The notes beneath the pieces were generated by a model. The model saw nothing but the letters and a program-made list of their open reading frames with translations. It did no database searches and had not been told where the DNA came from. A stretch of DNA of 64,000 nt from an uncultured Verrucomicrobiae bacterium (GTDB lineage: Bacteria > Verrucomicrobiota > Verrucomicrobiia > Chthoniobacterales > Terrimicrobiaceae), in the NCBI GenBank assembly GCA_963706955.1, contig CAVPOC010000010.1, forward strand, positions 192,001 to 256,000. The letters are read 5' to 3'. A program made the translations under genes and the position numbers. Positions 22,319 through 31,982 of the stretch are shown here, one piece after another; position 1 is the stretch's first letter, and each line of letters opens with the position of its first letter.

Positions 22319-23560
22319 ATGAATTCAACTTCGACATGGTTCGCGCTAAGGAACCCAACATTCCTCCGAATTTGGCTGGCGACCGTTTTCTCGGCGACAT
22401 TTCTCGCGGCGCAGGACGTTACCGCGACTTGGTTGCTCCATGATCTTGGCGCCTCCTTTTCGCTCTCGTTGATGGCCACCGCGACCTCAACGCCGTTACT
22501 TCTGTTCGCCCTACCTGCAGGAATCATTGCGGACACGGTCAACCGCCGGAACGTCGTCTTATCGGCTATGGCGTGGCAGGCGGCCTTTACTGGGCTTCTG
22601 GCTTTCGGCGCATGGACAAAAATACTGAGTATCAATTCGGTCCTCCTCTGCGTTTTCGCGCTCGGCATTGGTGTTGCCTTCGGTGCTCCCGTTTGGAGCG
22701 CGATTGTTCCAAGCATTGTCAGCAAAGAGGAGCTACCTTCGGCGGTCACGTTGGGCGGTGTGCAGGTGAATATCGCAGGGATCGTGGGGCCGGCACTGGG
22801 AGGGTTTGTCCTCCCGAAGCTCGGAGCCCCGCTCCTCCTCTCGATCAATGCACTGATCTTTCTCGCGGTCTGCCTCATCATCCTCCAGTGGCGGCCCGCT
22901 CAACCCTCGGCGAAACAGGCCGAGCAGGGCTTCATGAAGGCTTTCGTCGAATCGGTCCGTTATGCCGCCCGATCCACCAAGATCAAAATTATCCTCTTTC
23001 GAAACCTCCTCTTTTCGCTCGCGATTGCGGCAATTCCTGCCCTGCTTCCGGTGATCATCTATACAGAATTGAAGGGCTCCGCTGCCCAGCTGGGTCTGAC
23101 CTTTACCTGCGTGGCGGCCGGATCATTGGTCGGCGCAGTTTTTCTACTGCCGGTGCTTCGCGAGCGGCTGTCCCCGAATGGGATCACGCTGGTTGCGATG
23201 GCCATTATGCCCGTACTACTCACGGCGATGGCCTTCCTGCGCACTTCGTCCGCCATGCTGGCTTATTCGGCGGCAGCTGGTGTCGCCTGGGCGCTGGCGG
23301 GATCCGAGCTTTGGCTTGCCGGTCAGCGGGCGGTTTCCGGCAGCATTCGAGGCCGGATGAATTCCTTCCTGATCATGGCAGGGCAAGCCGGCATCGCCCT
23401 CGGCTCAATCGTGCTCGGCGCCGCTGCTCTGCATGCGGGTCTTGAGTGGACCTTGACCATTGCCGCGGTTGTGGCTCTGCTAGGTTTCGGTCTCGGGTGT
23501 CTCTTCTCAATCAATTTCCAACCGGAGGCTGCCCCCGAGCAACCATCGGCGACCGAAGAA
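22319..23560 (+). CDS. MFS transporter (MFS_3-like); 3' end approximate because no stop precedes the next gene
   Basis: ALRNP.F..IW.A, LPAG.IAD.VNRR, about 12 hydrophobic segments ending near 23510. Confidence 0.8.
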
Positions 23561-23735
23561 CCCGAAGCGATTGGCTACTACATCCATTCCCTTTGTCGGA
23601 CCGCAGGATACAGCAAGTACGGGATGCGCGACTCGGAGCCGAGACGAAAGGGAAGAGACAAGGATCGTTTGAAAAAACGCTTCCCGCGATCCCGCCGATG
23701 GCCAGTAATTTTCTCTCAACTTCGCTGCAAGTCGC

Positions 23736-23752
23736 AGACGTTGACAACGTCT
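23736..23752. promoter_or_regulatory. Inverted repeat overlapping a TTGACA -35-like box upstream of the 23798 gene
   Basis: AGACGTTG-A-CAACGTCT; TTGACA at 23741-23746; no clear -10 box. Confidence 0.35.
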
Positions 23753-23797
23753 CTGCGGCCGAAGGATCGAGATTCCCGCCAGACGAAAGGAGTAAAC

Positions 23798-24163
23798 ATG
23801 GAAACCCAAGACACCTGCTGCACATTTGTTCCCTACTTCAAGATTCACGAAGGTAAACTCAATGAAGCAAGAGCCCTCTGCGACAAGTTCGTTGAGAAGA
23901 CCCGGGAGGAGGCCAGGGTGATGTTTTACGGCTTCACTTTCGACGCCGATCACATGCACTGCCGGGAAGGCTATCAGGACGCGGATGGCGTGCTCGCTCA
24001 CCTTGAAAACGTGGGAGCGCTCTTCAAGGAGGCGCTGAAAATCGCCGACCTCACCCGGTTAGAGGTGCACGGACCTGAAAGGGAACTTGAAAAACTGCGC
24101 GGTCCTCTCGCGGAACTCAAGCCGCAGTTCTTTGCGTTGCGGGACGGCTTTCGACGGAGTTGA
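23798..24163 (+). CDS. ABM/putative quinol monooxygenase-like small protein
   Basis: Own RBS (AAAGGAG) before ATG 23798; PYFKI..GK, FYGF.F, REGY.DA.GVLAHL.NV, LEVHGP. Confidence 0.75.
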   Translation: METQDTCCTFVPYFKIHEGKLNEARALCDKFVEKTREEARVMFYGFTFDADHMHCREGYQDADGVLAHLENVGALFKEALKIADLTRLEVHGPERELEKLRGPLAELKPQFFALRDGFRRS

Positions 24164-24335
24164 CGCGCCAAAAGTCTGTCGCCACTTAGAACGGGTCCAA
24201 AAACGGAGTTAAACCCAACATCCCGGATGCGCGCGCAGCAACGGCAGTCGCTTCGGCGGTTGGGATAGCCGTTTACTCGAGAAACAAGTCTCCATTGCGG
24301 CTGGAGTTCTTGCGGCATAAGTGCTTAATGGGCCC

Positions 24336-25751
24336 ATGCGCCGTACGAAAATTGTCGCTACTCTCGGCCCCGCGAGTAATTCACGGGAAGTTATTCGCCA
24401 ACTCGTTCAAGCGGGAATGGACGTCGCCCGGCTCAATTTCTCGCACGGCAGCTACGACCAACATGCGCAAACGATCAAGAATTTGCGCGAAATTTCAAAG
24501 GAACTGGATACCCCGGTGACGATCCTGCAAGACTTGCAGGGTCCCAAAATTCGCGTCGGAAAACTCCCTGGAGGAGAGATGATGCTCTCGCCGGGGGTGG
24601 TCGTTGCCATGCTTCCCGAGCAAGATTTCACCGGCCAACCGGACACGATTCCACTCGATTACTCTCATGCCGCCGAAGAAGCCAAGGCGGGCATGCGTAT
24701 TCTCCTCGACGATGGCATGATGCAGCTGGAAGTGCTGGAAATCGAGGGAAGAGCGTTGCGCTGTCGCGTGGTAGATGGAGGCGTTCTAAAAAGTCGCAAA
24801 GGCGTCAACTTCCCGCAGCTAAACCTGCGGCTGCTTCCATCGCTCACCGAGAAGGACAAGGAAGACCTCAAATTCGGCATTTCGCAAGATGTTGACTGGA
24901 TCTCTTTGAGTTTTGTGAGGAGCGGATCGGACGTCCATAGCTTGAAAGAGTTGATCGCCGCACAAGGGGTTTTTAAACCGGTTATCGCCAAAATCGAAAA
25001 GCCTCAGGCGATCGAAAACCTCGAGGGAATTCTCCAGGAAACCAATGGAGTTATGGTCGCTCGCGGTGACCTTGGCGTGGAGCTGAAACCGGAAAAGGTG
25101 CCGATGCTGCAAAAGCACATTATCGAAAGTTGTAACCGCAAGGGACTTCCGGTGATTACCGCCACCCAGATGCTTGAAAGCATGATCCGCGATCCCCGAC
25201 CAACCCGCGCCGAAGCCAGCGACGTTGCTAACGCGATCATCGATGGAACCGATGCCGTCATGCTTTCCGGTGAGTCGGCCGTCGGCGCACACCCGGTCCG
25301 TGCCGTCGAGATGATGGCACGCATCGCCAGAGAAGTGGAGGGAGCCATTCCTTTTAAGAGCTACCCTGCGGTAGGAGGCGGGAATGCTCATGCCTTGAGT
25401 GAGGCGGCCAATGTCGTCGCCAGCACCATCGAAACTTCGTGCATCGTCGTGCTCACCACTACCGGCCATACCGCCCATTCGATCGCCGCCGAACGCCCGA
25501 AGACCGCGGTCATTGCCATCTCGCGAAGTAAGCAAGTCTATCACGCCTTGAATCTGTTCTGGGGACTAAAACCACTCCTCGTCGATGACTCACCGAGCGA
25601 CTTTGAAGGACTGGTCAAGCAAGCAGAGTCCACCGTCCTCGCCCGCCAGCTCGCACAAACAGGCGATAAGATCTTGGTCATCGGCGGCGTGCCCGCCCCC
25701 TCGCCACTCGGCGCAAACTTCCTCAAAATCCACACCGTCGGCTCGGGCTAG
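24336..25751 (+). CDS. pyk: Pyruvate kinase
   Basis: RRTKIVATLGPA, ARLNFSHG, DLQGPKIR, IAKIEK, MVARGDLGVE, TATQMLESM, MLSGESA. Confidence 0.97.
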   Translation: MRRTKIVATLGPASNSREVIRQLVQAGMDVARLNFSHGSYDQHAQTIKNLREISKELDTPVTILQDLQGPKIRVGKLPGGEMMLSPGVVVAMLPEQDFTGQPDTIPLDYSHAAEEAKAGMRILLDDGMMQLEVLEIEGRALRCRVVDGGVLKSRKGVNFPQLNLRLLPSLTEKDKEDLKFGISQDVDWISLSFVRSGSDVHSLKELIAAQGVFKPVIAKIEKPQAIENLEGILQETNGVMVARGDLGVELKPEKVPMLQKHIIESCNRKGLPVITATQMLESMIRDPRPTRAEASDVANAIIDGTDAVMLSGESAVGAHPVRAVEMMARIAREVEGAIPFKSYPAVGGGNAHALSEAANVVASTIETSCIVVLTTTGHTAHSIAAERPKTAVIAISRSKQVYHALNLFWGLKPLLVDDSPSDFEGLVKQAESTVLARQLAQTGDKILVIGGVPAPSPLGANFLKIHTVGSG

Positions 25752-25771
25752 CGTGCTACAAAACCTGCCTC

Positions 25772-25830
25772 TGTAACGACGGTGTTCTCCACCAGGGAGG
25801 GCTCGTTCGGCGTTGGGACACCGCCGCGGC
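25772..25830. repeat. Possible degenerate REP doublet after pyk
   Basis: TGTAACGACGGTGTTCTCCACC...CGGCGTTGGGACACCGCCGCGGCA resembles the other copies with several mismatches. Confidence 0.35.
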
Positions 25831-26331
25831 AGCGCACGACGGCGATCAACCTGAAGATCGGCAGACGCGCTTCTGACAAGCGCCTGGGGATTTCGCTGGA
25901 CGCTTGACACAAGCGCTCCGACAACCAGTCGTGTTCGGTTTATGCTTTCTGGCTGCCGTCACCGAAGCTTTCCGAACCTGCTGGGCGTGCTGGAGGCAAA
26001 TGACAATTCGAAAAAAATTCCTCTTGAGATTCGCTCGAAGTGCGTACAAGTTTACGCCTTGTTCTGGGGGGAACAGCAGGCCAGCGCAGCTATCGTTGCG
26101 TTGGCCTGCAACTTTTTTGGGCTTCGCAACACCCCGCTGGCTGGTCTTTCGTCGGAATTGCTTCTGGAGATCTCTCTTGCGAAAGCTCCTCAGTGCCGTG
26201 ACAAAAGGAGAGGTTGATGGAGACTCTCCGGGTTGACTCGGACGAACTGCTTCTTATTCTTTGGGAATGTTATTATTCTGCCTGAAAGGACTTTTGGCAA
26301 TTGGTGCAGGCCTCGTGATCACCGCCCTTCT

Positions 26332-27372
26332 GTGAAGGGTTTCCGCTACGCGCTTGACCCGATCTGTCTCTCCGCCTGCGCTCTCTACACTCTCAATCGC
26401 TGGCTAATCCAACCCATCTGTTCGTGGCCGTTCCTCCATCAATATCTTGATGATATCGTTCTTATCCCTGCCGCTCTGCCGATCATTCTCGGCATGCAAC
26501 GCTGGTGGGGGCTTCGAGGTCATGACCGTCCACCCACCGCGGCCGAAATTTTTGGACACTTGGCGATCTGGTCGTTCATCGCCGAATTGATCGGCCCATA
26601 CCTTTTCTCGTGGGTCGTCGGCGACCTTGGCGATGTCGTGGCTTATACACTCGGAGCTGTCCTGGCCGGCATGTGGTGGAATCGCGCCGATCTTGGCAAA
26701 CTGATCACTGGCGCGATGCAACCGTCGCCGGTGGCGCGTTTCGACCATCTCGCCAAGCATTACGACTGGATGGAGTCGCTGCTCGCTGGTGCCAAACTCG
26801 AGAAGTGCCGAAATGCGCTCTGGGACGATATCCCTCCCCTCACAAGCGCTTTGCTCGTCGGCGAGGGCCACGGGAAATTCCTCGCCTCGTTATTAAAGCG
26901 CTATCCCACCGCCAAAGTCACCTGCGTCGACGCAAGCGAGCAGATGTTGGAGGTCGCTCGCAAGCGGCTTCAGCGACAAGCACTTTCTTTGAAGGGAGTC
27001 GAATTTGTCCATGCTGCTCTCCCATCCTGGAACCCACCAGCCGGACATTACGATCTGATCGCCACGCACTTCTTTCTCGATTGCTTTCCTCGCGAGCAGC
27101 TCGGCGCTGTCATCGAGGGTCTGCAGACGGCTCTACGACCCGGGGCGTCCTGGCTGGTCTCAGATTTCCAGATCCCGAGAGGGGGTCTCCGGCGGCTGCG
27201 CGCTGGGGTCATCCACCGGCTCATGTATGGCTTCTTTCGGATTGCCACAAAGCTTCCAGCATCTCGCCTGGTTTCGCCCCGGCCATTTCTTCGCAAACAC
27301 GGCTTCATCCGCGTGCGGCGTCAGGAGTTCGATTGGGGTCTGCTCATTGCTGAGCTTTGGAGGCGCGCCTAG
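26332..27372 (+). CDS. Membrane domain fused to a class I SAM-dependent methyltransferase
   Basis: About 120-aa hydrophobic N-terminus (LNRW, D...IP, GD.GDV.AY..G), then FD.LA.HY..ME, LLVGEGHGKFL, VDASEQML, THFFLDCF; GTG start uncertain. Confidence 0.8.
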   Translation: MKGFRYALDPICLSACALYTLNRWLIQPICSWPFLHQYLDDIVLIPAALPIILGMQRWWGLRGHDRPPTAAEIFGHLAIWSFIAELIGPYLFSWVVGDLGDVVAYTLGAVLAGMWWNRADLGKLITGAMQPSPVARFDHLAKHYDWMESLLAGAKLEKCRNALWDDIPPLTSALLVGEGHGKFLASLLKRYPTAKVTCVDASEQMLEVARKRLQRQALSLKGVEFVHAALPSWNPPAGHYDLIATHFFLDCFPREQLGAVIEGLQTALRPGASWLVSDFQIPRGGLRRLRAGVIHRLMYGFFRIATKLPASRLVSPRPFLRKHGFIRVRRQEFDWGLLIAELWRRA

Positions 27373-27512
27373 CCGGCCATTCTACTCCAAAAGCGTTGGC
27401 GCGGCGACGGCCGCACCGGCGCGCCTCGATGGCCCCGCCATTGTAGTGGCTTGCTCGCAAAAGGCAGAACAGATGACTGGGCCGCACTCGACTCAGTCAC
27501 GGGAAAAGAGTA

Positions 27513-27533
27513 TTCAGCATCTGGCATGCTGAA
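27513..27533. promoter_or_regulatory. Operator-like inverted repeat upstream of the APH-like gene
   Basis: TTCAGCAT-ctggc-ATGCTGAA, 75 nt before ATG 27609. Confidence 0.4.
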
Positions 27534-27608
27534 GTTCTCTGGTTTCTTACCGACCCAGCTATTCTTCACTCTGCGCTCCAGCCAAAGCGCACCACCAAAG
27601 GCGCAGCC

Positions 27609-28636
27609 ATGAACCTCATGGATCGCAAGCAGCAGGAAGAATTTTTCCAAGATTATCTCACGCGAATGCTGCCGCAAGGGCATGGTGTCCGTATCGCCGA
27701 GTCAAGCTATGAAGAGGAACGCTCGGCCATGCGTTACGACGCGCCAGCGGGTCCGTTGGTCGTTTGTATTAATGACATCGAAAAGCCAGAAACTGACGTT
27801 CCCCACCGCACCGGTTTCATCGCTCGCCTGCTGAGCGAAATCGGCCGAAAAGAACCCGAGGAGTACATCAGAACTGCAATCGGCCTTTTCGACGGGACCT
27901 ATGCCAACTTCGACGCGCCGGTTGTTTGCCCTGGCGGCGCGGAGATCTTCGCATGGGATTCCACAAGGAGGATCTGGCCGCGCCCTTTTTACATCCGGCG
28001 CTGGATTGACGGCCGGAATTTGGCCGTGATGCCCAGAGCGAGCTATTTTCGACGGGCCGGAGAGGTGCTACGCAAGTTTCATCGCATCAGGCTTAAGAAG
28101 TCCTACGCGAGTTTCGAGCCGTCGCAGAAGGAGAAGCATCTCATGCGACCGAGTTGTTCGGCATCGGCAAGTCTCTCGAGGCGGTCGAGCCATTGCTTCC
28201 GCTAGCCACTCTGAGGGCAGTCACCAAACTCGAAGCCGATCCCGAAAGCGTCGTGGTCGGCCTTCTCAACAACGGTTTCTTTGGCAACAACGTTTTGATC
28301 GACAATTTCGGCCATGTCCGCGTTCTCGACTGGGAGAAGGCAGGTATCGGCGATCTCGGCCAGGACTTCTTCCCGCTCAAGTACTGGACGGTCGTCGAGA
28401 AGCGCTCCGGCTGGTACATGCCCAATGCCTCGCTCTTCGCGGCATTTTGCAAGGGTTACGGCACGAGCGACGTCGAGGCGCTGTGCGCACGGCCCGCCTA
28501 CCGCTACCTCGAAGCGCAATGGCTACTGCAGCGCCTGGGCGCCGCGTCGCGACGGTGGACGCAGGGCGCCGTGCACGAGCCGTATCCCGAACCCGATTTT
28601 TACGTGAGCTCTCTTCGGCAACTGCTCAATGTCTAG
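27609..28636 (+). CDS. Aminoglycoside/choline phosphotransferase-fold protein with a degenerate catalytic loop; frameshift near 28120
   Basis: F.IRRWIDG, G.VLRKFH, LLNNGFFGNNVLID, VLDWEKA.IGD...DF; the two ORFs join if one base is restored. Confidence 0.75.
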
Positions 28637-28645
28637 GGAGATCCC

Positions 28646-30616
28646 ATGGTGAACCTAAAAGCAGGTCGTTTCGCGCTGCCAGCAGGGATCTTCGCGACGA
28701 TCCTCTGGGGATCGCAAGCCTGGGTTGCCGTCCGCGCCATGCCGCAGTTGAATTTTCTTGAGATCACCCTGCTCCTCCATGCCTTCGCCCTGGCGGGAAT
28801 CACGACTCTAAACCTTTTCCGCCTTCGCGATTTTGTGCGGGATTTGAAATTCCTCCTTCGTGTCAGGCACGCTCTCGGATTCTGGATATTGTCCGGCGCA
28901 TGCCAGGGCGTTTGTTTTCTGCTCTTCTATCTCGCGGTGCAGAACGGACCCCAAGTTCCTAGCATGATCATGCACTTTATGTGGCCGTTCATTTTTGCCA
29001 TTGCGAACGCCCTCTTTCCGAGTACGTGGAAGCAGCACAGCAGCGGGTATGAACTGAAAGTCGTCGCCATAGGCTTGTTCGGCGTCTGGTTCCTTATGCA
29101 AAGCGGCCTGGCTGTCGGAGAGCACAGCGCGCTCGGCCTTGGCAAGGCAGCACTAATGCTGGCGGCCCTTGCCTCGGCCATCTTCGGCGGCGCAAACGCC
29201 GTCTTCGACGATCATGCCCTTGCACGGTCGCGAGCCCGCCACGTCGAACTGCTTCAGGCGCCCGAGTTGCCAGTGACCTTTCGGTATTCCGCACTACAGA
29301 TTCGCTTTCTTTCCGGCCTGGTGGCGATGCTCCTGCTTTGCTTCGGGTTGCACGCGACGCCGCTGCTGCTGCCACCGATCTATTTTGGCGACATATCGGT
29401 TCAAGACCTGATCGCGCCTTTCTGGCTCGGCTTCGTCGTCTATTTCGGGGCGGATTTCTTTTTTAACTACACGATGACCCATCTCTCGGAGTCCGCACGG
29501 CAGGGCTTCACCTATTTGCCGCCGTTGTTTGGAGCCCTCTTTCTTTACCTCGGCGGAGCGCGCATCGACCAGCAGATGGTCTTCGGCGTGCTGATCATCC
29601 TCCTGGCCATGTTTCAAATGCAGGCGGGCACAAGGGACTGGACGGCCAATACAGCGGCACCTTTCCTCTTCATCTTCGCGAGCATCATCGTGCTTCAGGT
29701 GCCCGACATGCTGCGGCTTCGCGGCGCACTTGAGGACGCCGAAGGCGTCAACGCCGAAGTCATGGCGGGCGTCTTTGCCATCGTCATCAGCTTTTTGCTC
29801 AGCAGGCTGCTTGACCGCAATAAGTCAGAAAACGAGCTCGAGATAGAGAACGTCAACATCATGGGGGAAATCATTGCCGAGGCAGACAGGACGCTGGCGG
29901 ACGAACGAATACTGCTGAAACTAAAGAACCTCGCCTATCGGCTGAGCGTCTATATTCTCGATTTCGACGTCAATACGACGCGCTCCCGCCGCAGCTTCTT
30001 GATCCATAAGATTAACGCCGTCGTCCAGGGCATGGGCCGCGTCCTGCGCGAGTCCTCCACCGATCTTCCACCGGAACTGAAAGGCAGATATGAAGATCTC
30101 GATCGCGGCATCTCCAAATGGATTTTCCTCCGTTCGCAATTTCTCTCCCTTTCAGAGAAATGGTCGGTCGCCCTCCTCTCTTTCGCGAGCGTCATCGCTT
30201 TTCTCGTTGCCTCGAATCGCACTCCGATCTGGTATGCCGACCTATCGGCAATCGCGCTCATCACGACGGTTTTTATTCTTGTCTTCCAGGCTTTTGATCT
30301 CGGGGCCAACCGCAGCGAAGCGGAAGTGGCTGATATCCTCAACAAACAGATGCCGCTGCTGCGGCACGGCTTTTTACCTTACGTGCCGTTCGAACTTATC
30401 CAAAAGCGCGTTTTCGTGACAGACACCAGGCCGCTGCCCGTGCTGACGCGCCGGCCTGACGGCGCTTACGAGCGCGCTTATTTGCCAACCCGTGAGAATG
30501 ACCTGCGCTTTCTCGCGCAGTTATTGAACGCGTCAGGCTTGACGGCGGTTTTGTTGCTCCTGCTCAATAAGCACGGCATCGTCGAGTCTGTGGTATTGAG
30601 AGCACTTCACTCTTAG
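28646..30616 (+). CDS. EamA/DMT-like transporter with a large C-terminal membrane/helical extension
   Basis: FATILWGS, HFMWP, FTYLPPLFGALFL, G.LIIL.A within the first ~325 aa; then TM pair, helical region, TM pair. Confidence 0.7.
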   Translation: MVNLKAGRFALPAGIFATILWGSQAWVAVRAMPQLNFLEITLLLHAFALAGITTLNLFRLRDFVRDLKFLLRVRHALGFWILSGACQGVCFLLFYLAVQNGPQVPSMIMHFMWPFIFAIANALFPSTWKQHSSGYELKVVAIGLFGVWFLMQSGLAVGEHSALGLGKAALMLAALASAIFGGANAVFDDHALARSRARHVELLQAPELPVTFRYSALQIRFLSGLVAMLLLCFGLHATPLLLPPIYFGDISVQDLIAPFWLGFVVYFGADFFFNYTMTHLSESARQGFTYLPPLFGALFLYLGGARIDQQMVFGVLIILLAMFQMQAGTRDWTANTAAPFLFIFASIIVLQVPDMLRLRGALEDAEGVNAEVMAGVFAIVISFLLSRLLDRNKSENELEIENVNIMGEIIAEADRTLADERILLKLKNLAYRLSVYILDFDVNTTRSRRSFLIHKINAVVQGMGRVLRESSTDLPPELKGRYEDLDRGISKWIFLRSQFLSLSEKWSVALLSFASVIAFLVASNRTPIWYADLSAIALITTVFILVFQAFDLGANRSEAEVADILNKQMPLLRHGFLPYVPFELIQKRVFVTDTRPLPVLTRRPDGAYERAYLPTRENDLRFLAQLLNASGLTAVLLLLLNKHGIVESVVLRALHS

Positions 30617-31955
30617 GACTTGAGAGGAGCCACGGCGCTAAGCACAGCGGAAACAATCGCTTCGTTGGTGACGTCCCCGTGTCCGGTAATCAAAGTGTCG
30701 CCGTTAAGGTTGTAAATTACTGGTTGTTTAAACTGATATGGCTGGGGATCGGTTGCCGGACGAAGGTTGATTTGTGCTGCGTCGACCTCCGTGTCTTCCA
30801 TTTCTTGCGCGCCATTGCGCCCCATCGCTCCGAAACGGTCGTTCTTATCCCCGAGCGCCAGTCGATCATCCTGGTTGATGCGCGAGGCCAACGGATAGGC
30901 AGTCCCGACGGCCTTATCGAGAATCGAGTGCGTGATCAAAATCGGTCCGTGGACCCTTTTTTGCTCCACCACGGCACGAAAGAAACCGTTCTTTTTCTTT
31001 GAGAATCCATTATGCGAAAAAGCTGCTTGCAGCAATGTCATGCTTCGGATTCGGGGAGTAGTCGAATTTGCTGCGGCCGCCGTAACGACACGGCCGCCAA
31101 AGCTATGGCCGATCAGATGAATCGCTTCGATCGAAGGCGGAAGTCGGTCGAGAAAAGGCGCGACGCCATTTTTACCGATCGTGCCCGCGCGCGTTTTCAT
31201 TTCAAAGTAGGTCGTGTAGTTGAGAAGGTTCAGCGCGGAGTTGAAAAAACCAGAGAGGAAGTTTTCCGCAGCGACCACGTCGTCCAGAGCGAGCTTTGCC
31301 GGTCCCGCGGGGAGAGCCGCAGACGCCGCATCCTCCTCGGTGCGTTCCTCCGGGGGGGAGCTCTTGATCTTCAGCTTGAGAGACTCCATGAGCTCGTCGG
31401 GTTCGCTCTTAAAGAAGGACGGTGGAGGCATCTTCACGGTCTGCCGCGGAAGGGTCCAGCAAGGATCGTATCTTCTGGACGAACGCCGCACGTGCGGTCG
31501 CCTTATCGTTAAGGTCTCCGACAAGGTCTATCGCCTCATTCAGCAGCTTCTTGTCAGCGTCACTCTCGAAAAGACTTTTCATCTCTTCAAGCTTACTAAT
31601 GACCTTAGCCTCACCTTCAGCGCGTCTCTCGACAGACGCCGCACCATTAGCGTCGCCGCCGCCGAAAACGGCCAGGCCCTCGTTGAATTTCTTCGATGGC
31701 CAAAATACTCCGACGACCGCAAACGGCTTAACTTTGGTGAGGTTGAATCGCGCCTTCGCTATCTTTTCAAAGTTGCGAAAAAACGCGCCATAGAGGTTAC
31801 GCGCCTCGTTGGCATCGTTAAGCCAACCATGCGAGAAAACGAAGACCTGCTTCGTCGAGCTTGGCAGCGTCAACATCGCTGAGAACTCGACCGTCCTTAT
31901 CGAAGCTAAGTTCATGGAGGTCAATATTCGTCCCGGGAATTGTTGTGGTTGCCAT
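30613..31955 (-). CDS. Alpha/beta-hydrolase (~446 aa after removing two single-base insertions near 31870 and 31417)
   Basis: Reconstructed MATTTIPGTNIDLHELSFDKDGR...VFVFSHGWLND...VGVFWPS...HLIGHSFGGRVV...LLQAAFS...HS..D.AV...GHGD. Confidence 0.8.
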
Positions 31956-31982
31956 GGGAGATAGCGTTTCTGATTGACGATA

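Noticed and set aside
26160..26235. Minus-strand GGAGAG...CACTGAGGAGC resembling a glycine riboswitch
   Set aside because: No CTCTCAGG element or second aptamer, and no suitable downstream gene; an Rfam scan would settle it
25846..26236. Several short ORFs after pyk
   Set aside because: They overlap one another and show no family signal or clear RBS
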